Shown here: positions 1 through 8,967 of the stretch, in pieces
Layout: each line of letters begins with the position of its first letter
Numbering within the stretch: position 1 is the first letter of the stretch
Origin: Candidatus Scalinduaceae bacterium
GTDB taxonomy: Bacteria; Planctomycetota; Brocadiia; Brocadiales; Scalinduaceae
NCBI GenBank assembly: GCA_046759445.1
Contig: JBHICG010000067.1
Span: 1-18,550, forward strand
DNA: 18,550 nt
Direction: 5' to 3'
The notes under the pieces: model-generated
Seen by the model: only the letters and a program-made list of their open reading frames with translations
Databases searched by the model: none
Told to the model about the DNA's origin: nothing
Position numbers and translations under genes: made by a program

Positions 1-215
1 TACATTTCCTTTTCTACTATGTCAGTTGTTTCTCCAATGCTCCTTACAAATAGACGTGTGTCCTCAAACACAGGTGTCCTTATCTCGTGATATCCGGCTA
101 TTTCAAACTCTTTCCTTGCAGCATTTTCCACTTTCTCCCATAAGAACCTGTCATCCTTAAAGATATCCTTCATACCAAGTGGTGCTTTTATATACTTTTC
201 GTTATCTTTGTTCAT
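1..215 (-). CDS. hisS: Histidyl-tRNA synthetase, N-terminal part (runs off window start)
   Basis: Not in ORF track. Manual translation from ATG at 215 gives MNKDNEKYIKAPLGMKDIFKDDRFLWEKVENAARKEFEIAGYHEIRTPVFEDTRLFVRSIGETTDIVEKEM, matching HisS N-terminal motifs (GMKD, EIRTP, GETTDIVEKEM). Confidence 0.95.
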   Translation of the reverse strand, partial: MNKDNEKYIKAPLGMKDIFKDDRFLWEKVENAARKEFEIAGYHEIRTPVFEDTRLFVRSIGETTDIVEKEM

Positions 216-253
216 TTTATATCCTACTCAATAAAACGTGGTACTTATTAATA

Positions 254-320
254 CCCCCTCACACTGTTATTTAACAGACTTAATCCTCTCCTCCAATGGG
301 GGAGAGGGAAGGGTGAGAGG
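254..320. repeat. REP-like GC-rich palindromic element
   Basis: CCTCTCCTCC(285-294)-AAT-GGGGGAGAGG(298-307) hairpin, with outer CCCCCTCAC(254-262) complementary to GTGAGAGG(313-320). A small IR, CTGTTA-TT-TAACAG (264-277), lies inside. Confidence 0.6.
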
Positions 321-369
321 ACACCCTTGAACTATATTCCTTAGGAGGATTTTTCGTTATCCTTATTCA

Positions 370-475
370 TAATTAGTTTCTGTTGCAGAAACACTATATT
401 GTCACCCAATTCTGCTGTTGCGGAATTATAAGTGACATTTTTAGACATTTCAGTGTCCACAACAGAAACTATTTG
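370..475 (+). mobile_element. MITE-like repeat, copy 1
   Basis: Terminal IR TAGTTTCTGTTG(374-385)/CAACAGAAACTA(460-471). Colinear along its length with 12572-12677 and with the reverse complement of the ends of 2956-3193. Confidence 0.75.
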
Positions 476-521
476 TAAAAACGCATAAGATTAAAAGATT
501 GAAGGAGTTATATTTGCCGTA

Positions 522-549
522 ATTATATCAGTTCATGTTTAATATTCAA
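522..549 (-). promoter_or_regulatory. Putative sigma70 promoter for hisS
   Basis: Minus strand TTGAAT(549-544)-16 nt-TATAAT(527-522) with TGn extension. Confidence 0.5.
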
Positions 550-672
550 GGGTTTTAAAAAATGATAAGAGGCTTAGATGATCGATGCTTTATCTTTAAT
601 ACTTGAAGAACAATCTGATAATCAGTGTAATTCAGTGAAATTCCGTGGTAATGTATAATACCGATTTTATTT

Positions 673-701
673 TTGACTTGTTTGATAACGGTTGATATAA
701 G
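673..701 (+). promoter_or_regulatory. Putative sigma70 promoter for OPT gene
   Basis: TTGACT(673-678)-17 nt-TATAAG(696-701) with TGn extension. Confidence 0.45.
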
Positions 702-723
702 TTCTGAAGACTCAATCCGAAAA

Positions 724-1010
724 TAGATTCCCGTTTATGCCTGCGTGCCGTTCTTCGGACGGCCATAAGCAGGGCGGGAATGACATAAAGTAGGAAGGTA
801 TTGTCATTCCCGACCCCGATCGGGAATCTAAAGGTTGAAAACACATAATAAATAAATTTTCATCATGGAGTCTATCCTGAGTGTCATGTGAGATTCTTCA
901 GTCACCCCCACTGCTTTCTTGCCGAAAGTAGGCTCTGTAAGAGCGAAAGCAAGAAGTGGGGGCTCCTTCAGAATGACACGCTTGTCACTCTGAACCGAAG
1001 CCCTGAGTGA
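724..1010. repeat. Cluster of nested REP-like palindromes (GTCATT/AATGAC-ended)
   Basis: TAGATTCCCG...CGGGAATGAC (724-784), its inverted partner GTCATTCCCGACCCCGATCGGGAATCTA (803-830), GAGATTCTTC...CTTCAGAATGAC (~890-977) and GTCACTCTGAAC (984-995). The first and third enclose further hairpins. Confidence 0.7.
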
Positions 1011-1011
1011 A

Positions 1012-2958
1012 ATGAAAAAAGAAACGAGAGAACTTTCTTCAGATGCCTACCAGGAAATTCCGGGTGAGCAGTACAAACCATATATTGGAAAACTCGAAAT
1101 CCAACCAGAATTTACCCTCAAAGCAATATTCACAGGAATGATCTTAGGGATTACGTTTGCTGCTGCCAATGCGTATATTGGTCTTAAGGTGGGTTTAACT
1201 GTGAGCGCATCCATACCGGTGGCCGTTATGGCAGTTGCTATCTTTCGTATTATTGGGAAGAATAGCATACTTGAGAACAATATGGTACAGACTGTAGGTT
1301 CTGCGGGAGAGTCACTGGCAGCGGGTGTTATATTCACGTTTCCTGCTCTTATCATCTGGGGGATGAAGCCTGAATTGGCCAAGATATTCATATTCTCTCT
1401 TCTTGGCGGGTGGTTGGGTGTACTTTTTATGATACCCTTAAGAAGTTTGCTTATATCAAGACAACATGGACAGTTGCCTTATCCTGAAGGCACAGCCTGT
1501 GCAGAGGTATTAGTAGCCGGTGATAAAGGAGGGGCAGAAGCAAAGACAGTATTTACGGGTCTGGGCATAGGTAGTCTTTATGAGTTTTTGATGAATGGTC
1601 TTAAGCTCTGGAATTTCAGGCCATCATGGGATATTCCTTTCTACAAAGGAGCCAAATTAAGTGGAGAAATAACACCTGCCTTACTGGGAGTGGGATACAT
1701 TATCGGACCTTGGATATCGGCTATTATGTTAAGTGGAGGCGCACTCGCATGGCTCGTAATAATACCCCTAATTAAGGCAATTGGCGAAAACGTTACCAGT
1801 CCAATCTTTCCAGCAGAGACATTGATATCTCAGATGAGCGCAAAGGAAGTATGGCATTATTATATAAGATATATTGGCGCTGGTGCGGTAGCATTTGGCG
1901 GCTTAATAACACTGATTCGGGCAGTACCAACCATTCTGGAGACATTTAATACTGGTTTAACGAGCATCTTGAAAATAAATAACGTTAAAGAAACTCGGCC
2001 AAGAACTACCAGAGATTTATCAATGCTGATTGTAATTGCTGGTGCTGCAGTTCTGGCTCTTTTCCTCTGGTTGGTTCTTTCATTTTGGACAGCTACTGAG
2101 ATACCAATAGCTTCTAATCTACTCGTCGCACTTCTAATGGTTATATTTTCATTTTTTTTCGTTACGGTATCCTCACGAATTGTCGGCCTTATAGGCTCAT
2201 CATCAAATCCAGTTTCAGGAATGACGATTACGACACTCCTATTAACGAGCTTAATTTTTGCTATGATGGGATGGACTTCAGATGCTCACATGATAATAGC
2301 CTTAAGCGTTGGTGCAGTTGTTTGTATATCGATAGCAATTGCAGGAGATACCTCACAGGACCTAAAAACCGGCTTTCTCATAGGAGCAACACCCTGGAAA
2401 CAACAGATTGGTGAGTTCATTGGTGTATTAACGTCGGCAATATTTGTAGGATGGGTGGTATTAAGACTTCATAAAGGAGTGGGAATCGGTTCTGAAGACC
2501 TGCCTGCACCTCAAGCGACATTAATGTCTCTGATAGTCAAGGGCGTAATTACGGGAGAACTTCCATGGCATTTTGTAATTATTGGTATTTTCCTGGCAGC
2601 TATTGTAGAACTAATAGGCGTTCGTTCGCTTCCTTTTGCAGTAGGCGTCTATCTTCCCCTCTATCTAACTACACCCATAATAGTAGGTGGTGTGCTTAGA
2701 TACATAACAGAGAAGAATTTCGACGGCAGTTTATTAAAGATTAGGCGCGAAAATGGAATCTTATTTAGTTCAGGCTTAATAGCCGGTAGCGCACTTGTTG
2801 GTGTTGGATTGGCTTTGCTGGCTTCATACAGCAAGACATTAATTGAAGCACTTGAGTTAGGCTACAAATGGATGGGATTATTTAACAATATTACTTCATT
2901 GACAATTTTTGCAGCTCTAGCGCTATTGTTATGGAGATATATCACCAAAACACGTTAA
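1012..2958 (+). CDS. OPT-family oligopeptide transporter
   Basis: 648 aa polytopic membrane protein with OPT motifs [60 protein letters not shown] and LPAPQATLM. Confidence 0.93.
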   Translation: MKKETRELSSDAYQEIPGEQYKPYIGKLEIQPEFTLKAIFTGMILGITFAAANAYIGLKVGLTVSASIPVAVMAVAIFRIIGKNSILENNMVQTVGSAGESLAAGVIFTFPALIIWGMKPELAKIFIFSLLGGWLGVLFMIPLRSLLISRQHGQLPYPEGTACAEVLVAGDKGGAEAKTVFTGLGIGSLYEFLMNGLKLWNFRPSWDIPFYKGAKLSGEITPALLGVGYIIGPWISAIMLSGGALAWLVIIPLIKAIGENVTSPIFPAETLISQMSAKEVWHYYIRYIGAGAVAFGGLITLIRAVPTILETFNTGLTSILKINNVKETRPRTTRDLSMLIVIAGAAVLALFLWLVLSFWTATEIPIASNLLVALLMVIFSFFFVTVSSRIVGLIGSSSNPVSGMTITTLLLTSLIFAMMGWTSDAHMIIALSVGAVVCISIAIAGDTSQDLKTGFLIGATPWKQQIGEFIGVLTSAIFVGWVVLRLHKGVGIGSEDLPAPQATLMSLIVKGVITGELPWHFVIIGIFLAAIVELIGVRSLPFAVGVYLPLYLTTPIIVGGVLRYITEKNFDGSLLKIRRENGILFSSGLIAGSALVGVGLALLASYSKTLIEALELGYKWMGLFNNITSLTIFAALALLLWRYITKTR

Positions 2959-3193
2959 TTAGTATATGTTGCGGAAAGCTTAAATGCCCAAAAATGTCAT
3001 TGGCAATTCCGCAACAGCAGAATTGCTTAAGTGATTCTACTCGCTGAGTAGAATCACACCTGAACCAAGTCCTGAATGATCCTGAATTAGTTTCAGGACA
3101 GGATCTCTGATTTCAGAATCTATATAGATGTTAAGAGACCCTGAAAACAAGTTCAGGGCGACAATATAGTGTTTCCGCAACATATACTAATTA
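2956..3193 (-). mobile_element. MITE-like repeat, copy 2 (inverted, with ~128-nt internal extra segment)
   Basis: Perfect 22-bp TIR TAATTAGTATATGTTGCGGAAA(2956-2977)/TTTCCGCAACATATACTAATTA(3172-3193). Shares the core GCAATTCCGCAACAGCAGAATTGC with the other copies. Extra segment at ~3027-3154. Confidence 0.8.
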
Positions 3194-3201
3194 CCCAATT
3201 T

Positions 3202-4755
3202 TTATACTGGTATCATAAAACAAAACCTTGTGCCTCTTCCATCTTTGACAGGACTTTCAACCCATATCTTTCCTTTGTGTAATTCAACAATCTTTTTTAC
3301 TATAGCCAATCCAACACCGGTCCCCTCTGCCTCTATATCCTTAAGTCTCCTGAATATCTTAAAAATCTGTTCATGGGATTCAGCTTGAATACCAATACCA
3401 GTATCCTCAACAACAAATTCATAATAATCTCCGTTTTTATTACATCCAATCCTAATTTCTCTCTGATTACTATCACCCATGAATTTAATAGCGTTTGTAA
3501 CTAAATTTGAAAATACGTCATACATCCTTCTTTCTTCACAGAATACCATTGGTAAATTATCCTGGATTATGACATTAATTTTATTTGTCTCTATCTTGTT
3601 TTCAAGAGTTGTTACCACATCCTTGACTATAACTCTGCTATCGATATTTTCAAAATTATGTTTAACTCTCCCAATCCTTACGACTTCCATAATCTCACTA
3701 ATTCTTTGATTCAATCTTTCTGCATTTGCTTTGATCCTATCAATATATGACATTCCCTTTGTATCAAATGTGTCCTCATAAGCCTTCGATAATCTCGATG
3801 TATAACCCATAATTGTAAACAAAGGCTCTTTTAAATCATGTGAGATTATATAAACAAAATCCCGTAATTCATTATTTATCTTCTCTAATTCATTTGTTTT
3901 CTCATCAACCTTTTTCTCCAGATTAAGTGCATAATCCTGTAGTTGTCTCTTTGATTCTCCTAATTGAGATGTCATATCATTAAAGGAAATAGCGAGCTGA
4001 CCTATTTCGTCTTTTGATTTTGAGTCAATTCGGTAAGTGAGATTCCCTTTAGATACCCTTTCCGTTCCTAGAACTAGTTTTTTAATTGGTGAAACTATCT
4101 TGTGCACAAAAAACCATCCAACCAACATGGATGGAATCAAGATTGCAGGCAGTAAAAATAACATATTCCTAGATATCCCTGCAACTGCATTGTCTATACC
4201 ATCACCAATCTTTCTGGTCATTGTGTCAGTTGCTTTTTTAATTCTATCTAGAGAAAAACCGATACGTACAATACCATATCTCTTAGCTCCTACCAAAATA
4301 GGTGCAGCTACATCAACAATTTCGTTTTGTCTTTGTATTATTAAAGCTTTTGCAGTAAGAGCCTTCCTTGTCGTTTCATCGGTGAGCACATTCCCAAGAA
4401 ATTTAGCGCCTTTAGTAGCGTCAACAATGACCCTTCCCTTTTCATCCTGAACATAGACATAACTAATACCTTTCCCTTCCATGGCTAAGTCTGCAAGATA
4501 TTTCATTTCATAAATGTCAAAATCATGTATATGCTGAACATATTTTCTGGCTAACAAATTTGCTAATGACTTTACCTTCTCTTCCCATTCATTCTGTAAG
4601 GCATTAGCCATAAGAGACTTGTTAACATACTCTACTTTAGCGAGATTCTGACGGTGAAGGCTTATTACGACGCAAAAAAACATTCCAACCGGCATTAAGA
4701 TTGACAAAATTATGAATAAAATGAATTTTGCCCTGATGCTCCTAAATAATAACAT
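3202..4755 (-). CDS. Membrane sensor histidine kinase (2 TM, extracytoplasmic sensor, HAMP, HisKA, HATPase)
   Basis: HAMP (PIKKLV...DEIGQLAISFNDM), H-box ISHDLKEPL, N-box NLVTNAIKF, G1 DTGIGI, G2 GTGVGLAIVKKIVELHKGKIWVES. Confidence 0.93.
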   Translation of the reverse strand: MLLFRSIRAKFILFIILSILMPVGMFFCVVISLHRQNLAKVEYVNKSLMANALQNEWEEKVKSLANLLARKYVQHIHDFDIYEMKYLADLAMEGKGISYVYVQDEKGRVIVDATKGAKFLGNVLTDETTRKALTAKALIIQRQNEIVDVAAPILVGAKRYGIVRIGFSLDRIKKATDTMTRKIGDGIDNAVAGISRNMLFLLPAILIPSMLVGWFFVHKIVSPIKKLVLGTERVSKGNLTYRIDSKSKDEIGQLAISFNDMTSQLGESKRQLQDYALNLEKKVDEKTNELEKINNELRDFVYIISHDLKEPLFTIMGYTSRLSKAYEDTFDTKGMSYIDRIKANAERLNQRISEIMEVVRIGRVKHNFENIDSRVIVKDVVTTLENKIETNKINVIIQDNLPMVFCEERRMYDVFSNLVTNAIKFMGDSNQREIRIGCNKNGDYYEFVVEDTGIGIQAESHEQIFKIFRRLKDIEAEGTGVGLAIVKKIVELHKGKIWVESPVKDGRGTRFCFMIPV

Positions 4756-4757
4756 TC

Positions 4758-5675
4758 TTAATAAAGCTCCTCCTTTACAGACGTATGCGTTAGCATAGCT
4801 TCAACTGGTTTTAAAACATCATTTGTCAATTCAACGAATTTATTTATCTTGAACGGCTCAAGACTTTTCCTACCCTCCTCACTCTTATCCATTTTGAGCA
4901 ACTCTTCCTTAATCCTCTTCACCAGCTTCTTATCTAATCCTTCTCTGACTATTACTAACATCCTTGGCACCTTCATGGTTTCATAAATAACCTCAAACTC
5001 CTTCCTGTAAATTGCAGGATTATCTTTATGGTCTGTCCAATCTGAGCTGCTCAAAGCTCCTGCGTCAACCTTATTAAAGAATACCCAATTGGAGATGTTC
5101 AATTCTGATCCAAGAAAAACATAACCTATCTTATCTTTCGGTACAGGAGAATTTAATGAATCAATCTCGATCAAATCATAACCTTCTTTCATCATTGAGA
5201 ACTTTGGAAGAAAGTAGGCTGAGGTGGAACCAGGGTCTTCAAAAGCAATAAGCCTTCCATTCAAATCTTCCAATCTGTGTATTTCGCTATCTTTTCTGGT
5301 AAAGACAATGCTGTTATACTCTCCTACGTCTTTTCTCCAGGCCGAAAGAATCGGGGTGGCATTTGCCTTAATTTTGTATAAGTATGCTGAAAACGGTGTC
5401 TCTAGGATGATGTCGAGGTTTTCTTTTTTTAAATACTCAATGACTTCCTTATTATTACCAGCAAGTACCACTTCTCCTTGTTCGATACCCACGTCTTTAA
5501 GCTTTGTTGATAGATAGGTTATGATGGGTTCAAGGTATTTCTGTTCCTTGATTACCTTATCAGTAGCCTTACCAATAGTAAGGACATTTTTTTTAAATTC
5601 ATCATGGCCGTAAACTACATTATAAAATATAAACTTTGAGAATAAAATTAAAGCTATAGTAATAATCTTACGCAT
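4758..5675 (-). CDS. Phosphate/phosphite/phosphonate-type (PhnD-like) substrate-binding protein
   Basis: N-terminal signal/TM segment; motifs YNSIVFTRKDS, LEDLNGRLIAFEDPGSTSAYFLP and VDAGA typical of the phosphonate-binding family. Ends 2 nt before the kinase start. Confidence 0.85.
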   Translation of the reverse strand: MRKIITIALILFSKFIFYNVVYGHDEFKKNVLTIGKATDKVIKEQKYLEPIITYLSTKLKDVGIEQGEVVLAGNNKEVIEYLKKENLDIILETPFSAYLYKIKANATPILSAWRKDVGEYNSIVFTRKDSEIHRLEDLNGRLIAFEDPGSTSAYFLPKFSMMKEGYDLIEIDSLNSPVPKDKIGYVFLGSELNISNWVFFNKVDAGALSSSDWTDHKDNPAIYRKEFEVIYETMKVPRMLVIVREGLDKKLVKRIKEELLKMDKSEEGRKSLEPFKINKFVELTNDVLKPVEAMLTHTSVKEELY

Positions 5676-5833
5676 ATTTAATTTTTAGTCATAATTACGT
5701 TGTTCGATTATAAACGCTATTATCAAATTTGCAAAATATTGTTCATTTCCAGTATTGAGATTATATATCATTTTATTATGATTGCGGCAGTGTGCATTTT
5801 GTATCTTGTTATATGAACCAGTTGAGATTTATT

Positions 5834-7306
5834 TCAATATTCTATCCATTCTGGTACATGAGGAAATCCTTTTGGCATGCTATCTATTAAGGATATGAAA
5901 TTAGATTTACAACTATGAGCATGATCAACATGGTCAATTAATATAAGCAGCTCTTTATGATTGGGAATTTGTTTTTTCGTTTTACCCTGAATAATGCTAG
6001 TCTGAATACTATCAAGATAGTGCAGGAACCAGCAGATTATTTTCACAGCCAGTTTACGGACAATATACGCATGGTTAGTATATGATTTTTTGCTAATATT
6101 ATTGCCATGCAGCAAATCATATTGTAAATTATATAATTCATCAAATATTTTTTCCTCAGCTTCACCCAAGATAGCGCCAATGCGTGTAGTCACACCTTTT
6201 TTTGTTCCTCTTCCGTCTTCACAGAGCAAGGCTTCTATCACGGTAATATGCCACATAAATTGGTCCAACCCCTCAGAAAAGAATGCCTTTATGAGATAGC
6301 ATTGTGCGATTTCCAAGAATTTCCACTCGTTATCTTCAATTTTGAGATTGACTATAAAATTTCTGGCATCATTTATAAATTTCTTGAACTGTGTAGTTTC
6401 CGGGGCATCAAAACAAAACCTTACAACCGGCTTCTCGACTAGCTCTTGTTTTATCGGACCCTCATCAAGAAATGTTTCTAAAAACGGTAGATTAGGTACC
6501 ATTTTTGGTGAGGCTAAAAGGCTTTCGTCTATTTGTAGGATCAAAGGGATATTGAATGTAAAATCATGCAATTTTGTTACCTGTTGGTTGAAATTTTGTT
6601 TCCAGTCAAATATGGTAAGGCATTTTAGAACGGATTCTAATGGTTTTGGATATTCAGTATATTTTTCTATAACCGATGTAACATCAGTAGCATGAATCTT
6701 CCGGCTTAGTCTCAATTCACTCTGTGGTGCTTCCAGATAAATAAACCAATAGTTCTTTAATATATTCAATTCTTTTGTATCATAATAACACCTCGGATAG
6801 AAGATTTCATTAATTTCATTTCTTAGAATAGTTATTATTTCGTCTATAGAAAATTTCCTGATTTGAAATGAATTAAATTCTATAAGTTTCTCTGAAAAAT
6901 CAATATATTCCATCATTGCAAATAATTTTGTCTTGTAGTTTTGACTTTGGAATTCCTCCCAATATGAGTGAAATAGTTTTTTATAATTTAAATTCTTACC
7001 ATTGAATATTTCCAAATAACATCCCGAATTGCGGAAGAAATTATGGATGGCTATTCTTATCGGTTGCTTATTATTCTTCCTTTCATCATAATCAGAGAAC
7101 TCATGTTTAGTAGCTCCAATTAAGTCTTCAAACTCTTTTTTACTCTCCGCCTTCTTAACAAGAAACCGTACCTTTTCAATCTCACTTGTTATAATATTAT
7201 AATCGTGTTGTTCTTTCCTTCCTTTTTCGTTTTCACGAAGTTTCTTTATTAAATATTGAAAGGTTATAAGATAGGTATGAAACGTGTTAAACAAATTATT
7301 TTTCAT
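5834..7306 (-). CDS. Hypothetical protein with C-terminal ApeA-like HEPN domain (degenerate motif)
   Basis: C-terminal helical region ITVIEALL...TTRIGAILGE...FDELYNLQYDLLHG resembles the ApeA-type HEPN pattern (xLEAL...LYxxRSxxxHG). Confidence 0.6.
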   Translation of the reverse strand: MKNNLFNTFHTYLITFQYLIKKLRENEKGRKEQHDYNIITSEIEKVRFLVKKAESKKEFEDLIGATKHEFSDYDERKNNKQPIRIAIHNFFRNSGCYLEIFNGKNLNYKKLFHSYWEEFQSQNYKTKLFAMMEYIDFSEKLIEFNSFQIRKFSIDEIITILRNEINEIFYPRCYYDTKELNILKNYWFIYLEAPQSELRLSRKIHATDVTSVIEKYTEYPKPLESVLKCLTIFDWKQNFNQQVTKLHDFTFNIPLILQIDESLLASPKMVPNLPFLETFLDEGPIKQELVEKPVVRFCFDAPETTQFKKFINDARNFIVNLKIEDNEWKFLEIAQCYLIKAFFSEGLDQFMWHITVIEALLCEDGRGTKKGVTTRIGAILGEAEEKIFDELYNLQYDLLHGNNISKKSYTNHAYIVRKLAVKIICWFLHYLDSIQTSIIQGKTKKQIPNHKELLILIDHVDHAHSCKSNFISLIDSMPKGFPHVPEWIEY

Positions 7307-7388
7307 ATCTTAATCTCTTGATATATCCATTACACCAAACGGAAAGTTATATGATAAATTATGTTTCAACCATAAATTCGTTATCTAG

Positions 7389-7416
7389 ATATTATCAATA
7401 AAAGTTGGTAAGTCAA
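7389..7416 (-). promoter_or_regulatory. Putative promoter for the HEPN-like gene
   Basis: Minus strand TTGACT(7416-7411)-16 nt-TAATAT(7394-7389) with TGn extension. Confidence 0.35.
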
Positions 7417-7441
7417 GTATGACTCTAATGCGGGTCGCCTA

Positions 7442-8596
7442 TTAAGGATATTGGTCTGTTCCTAACGCATCAATTAGCTTTTCTATATCGTTTTTATTAT
7501 GTGTTGCCATAACAGTAACTCTGAGGCGACTCGAACCTTCTGGAACAGTGGGTGGACGTATGGCAGGGATTAAGAGCCCCCTCTCAAATAGAAATCTTGT
7601 TACATCCACTGCCTTTGTAGCATTTCCAATCATTATTGGTATGATCGGACTTTCCGAAGATATTACCTCAAGATTTAATAATTTAAGTTTTTCCTTCAAA
7701 TAACGTACATTACGCCAGAGTGACTCTCGAAGTGTATGATCTTTTCTAATTAACCTGATCCCCGCAATGGATGCAGCACATACGGCAGGTGGAAGCGCCG
7801 TAGTATATATGAATGTTCTTGCTTTATTTCTGAGATAATTAATCAGGTCTTTATTCCCTGAGACAAATCCACCCAGACTTCCTATTGCTTTGCTTAAGGT
7901 TCCCATGACAATATTTACTTCTTCAACAAGCTTAAAATGCTCAATAACCCCCATACCGCTATTTCCAAATACTCCCGTACCATGCGCCTCATCAACCATA
8001 ACCATTGCATTATATTTATGAGCGGTCTTTACAATATCAGGAAGAGGCGCCAGATCACCATCCATACTGAAGACCGTATCTGTAATAATCAACTTGCGAC
8101 GGTATCCTGTAGACTTCTTTAGTATATTTTCAAGCTTCAACACGTCACGATGTGGATAAACCCTAAAGGTTGCCCCAGACAATCGACAACCGTCTATTAT
8201 ACTTGCATGATTAAGTTTGTCAGAAATAACTATATCTCCACTTGATACCAATGAACATATTGTACCAACGTTTGCCATGTAGCCAGTTGGAAAGACAATG
8301 GAAGATTCTTTCTTTTTAAATTTTGATATTTCACTCTCAAGTACTTCGTGTAATTCCATGTTTCCAGAAATTAACCTTGAGGCTCCTGATCCCCATCCAT
8401 ATTTATTTACAGCATCTTTAACGGCTCTTAAAACTATTGGATGATTTGCAAGACCAAGGTAGTTATTTGAGCAAAATGATATATACGGTTTCCCCTTAAT
8501 TTTTACATGAGGTCCTTGTGCACCCTCTATTAGGTTAAGGTCTCTATAAAGGCCCGTTTTCTTCAGATCTTTCAATTCGTTTAATATATCTTTCAT
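7442..8596 (-). CDS. bioF: 8-amino-7-oxononanoate synthase (PLP-dependent)
   Basis: Motifs FCSNNYLGL, GSGASRLISG, LNHASIIDG, VFSMDGD, DEAHGTG, GTLSKA (PLP lysine) and AIRPPTVP. Confidence 0.9.
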   Translation of the reverse strand: MKDILNELKDLKKTGLYRDLNLIEGAQGPHVKIKGKPYISFCSNNYLGLANHPIVLRAVKDAVNKYGWGSGASRLISGNMELHEVLESEISKFKKKESSIVFPTGYMANVGTICSLVSSGDIVISDKLNHASIIDGCRLSGATFRVYPHRDVLKLENILKKSTGYRRKLIITDTVFSMDGDLAPLPDIVKTAHKYNAMVMVDEAHGTGVFGNSGMGVIEHFKLVEEVNIVMGTLSKAIGSLGGFVSGNKDLINYLRNKARTFIYTTALPPAVCAASIAGIRLIRKDHTLRESLWRNVRYLKEKLKLLNLEVISSESPIIPIMIGNATKAVDVTRFLFERGLLIPAIRPPTVPEGSSRLRVTVMATHNKNDIEKLIDALGTDQYP

Positions 8597-8678
8597 TTTT
8601 TGAGTCTATCAAGTTTAACACATACTATTGCTTAATCTATTTAGATGAAGCAATTAACGTACGAATTTTTAAAGTAAA

Positions 8679-8801
8679 TTAAATAATAAATTCATGTTGC
8701 CAACCAAATTTATTGTTATATAATAAATTTAGAAATGCAATGTTAAAAAACCCAGCATGGAATAATATAAAGGCAACGGGCACAAGACTAAGGGGCTCCA
8801 T
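8679..8801 (-). CDS. Possible 40-aa hydrophobic small protein
   Basis: MEPLSLVPVAFILFHAGFFNIAFLNLLYNNKFGWQHEFII. GGAG lies 5 nt upstream of the ATG (8810-8807). Below the ORF-track cutoff. Confidence 0.25.
   Translation of the reverse strand: MEPLSLVPVAFILFHAGFFNIAFLNLLYNNKFGWQHEFII
8697..8724 (+). promoter_or_regulatory. Putative sigma70 promoter
   Basis: TTGCCA(8697-8702)-16 nt-TATAAT(8719-8724), overlapped by IR AAATTTATT/AATAAATTT (8706-8730). Confidence 0.45.
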
Positions 8802-8878
8802 AAGAACTCCAGGTTCCAAGTGGCCAATTGGAACCAACAGTAAAGAGCCAGCCCTTTATATTACATGCTGGTTTTTTA
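8744..8878 (+). ncRNA. Candidate structured ncRNA or leader (long rod-like hairpin)
   Basis: Arms 8745-8773 and 8853-8877 pair over ~25 bp. Inner GGCTC/GAGCC and GGTTCCAA/TTGGAACC stems. Locally GC-richer, with T6 on both strands. Confidence 0.45.
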
Positions 8879-8967
8879 TATTTACCTGTAAAATGTTAAT
8901 CTGTGTTAGGTTTTGGATTTAATAATATCTTTGAGGTGTTTTTGCAGCGGTTTTATATAGAATAAGA

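Noticed and set aside
237..262. T-box-like GTACCACG on the minus strand upstream of hisS
   Set aside because: Lacks the GGTGG core, and no terminator or specifier stem is visible.
632..844. 70-aa minus-strand ORF
   Set aside because: Runs through REP-like palindromes and a promoter match; no recognisable protein features.
370..3193. CRISPR array or integron attC interpretation of the palindromic repeats
   Set aside because: No regular repeat-spacer period, no cas or intI gene, and no consistent RYYYAAC/GTTRRRY cassette boundaries.
8812..8849. Resemblance to a tRNA-Tyr D-arm/anticodon region (GGTTCC.AGTGGCCAA...GTAAA)
   Set aside because: No anticodon stem, T-arm (GTTC) or acceptor stem, so it is not a tRNA.
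8744..8878. Retron msr-msd interpretation of the long inverted repeat
   Set aside because: No reverse transcriptase gene is adjacent or anywhere in the window.
8713..8922. 69-aa plus-strand ORF
   Set aside because: TTG start inside the promoter spacer, no SD, and it spans the RNA hairpin; probably spurious.
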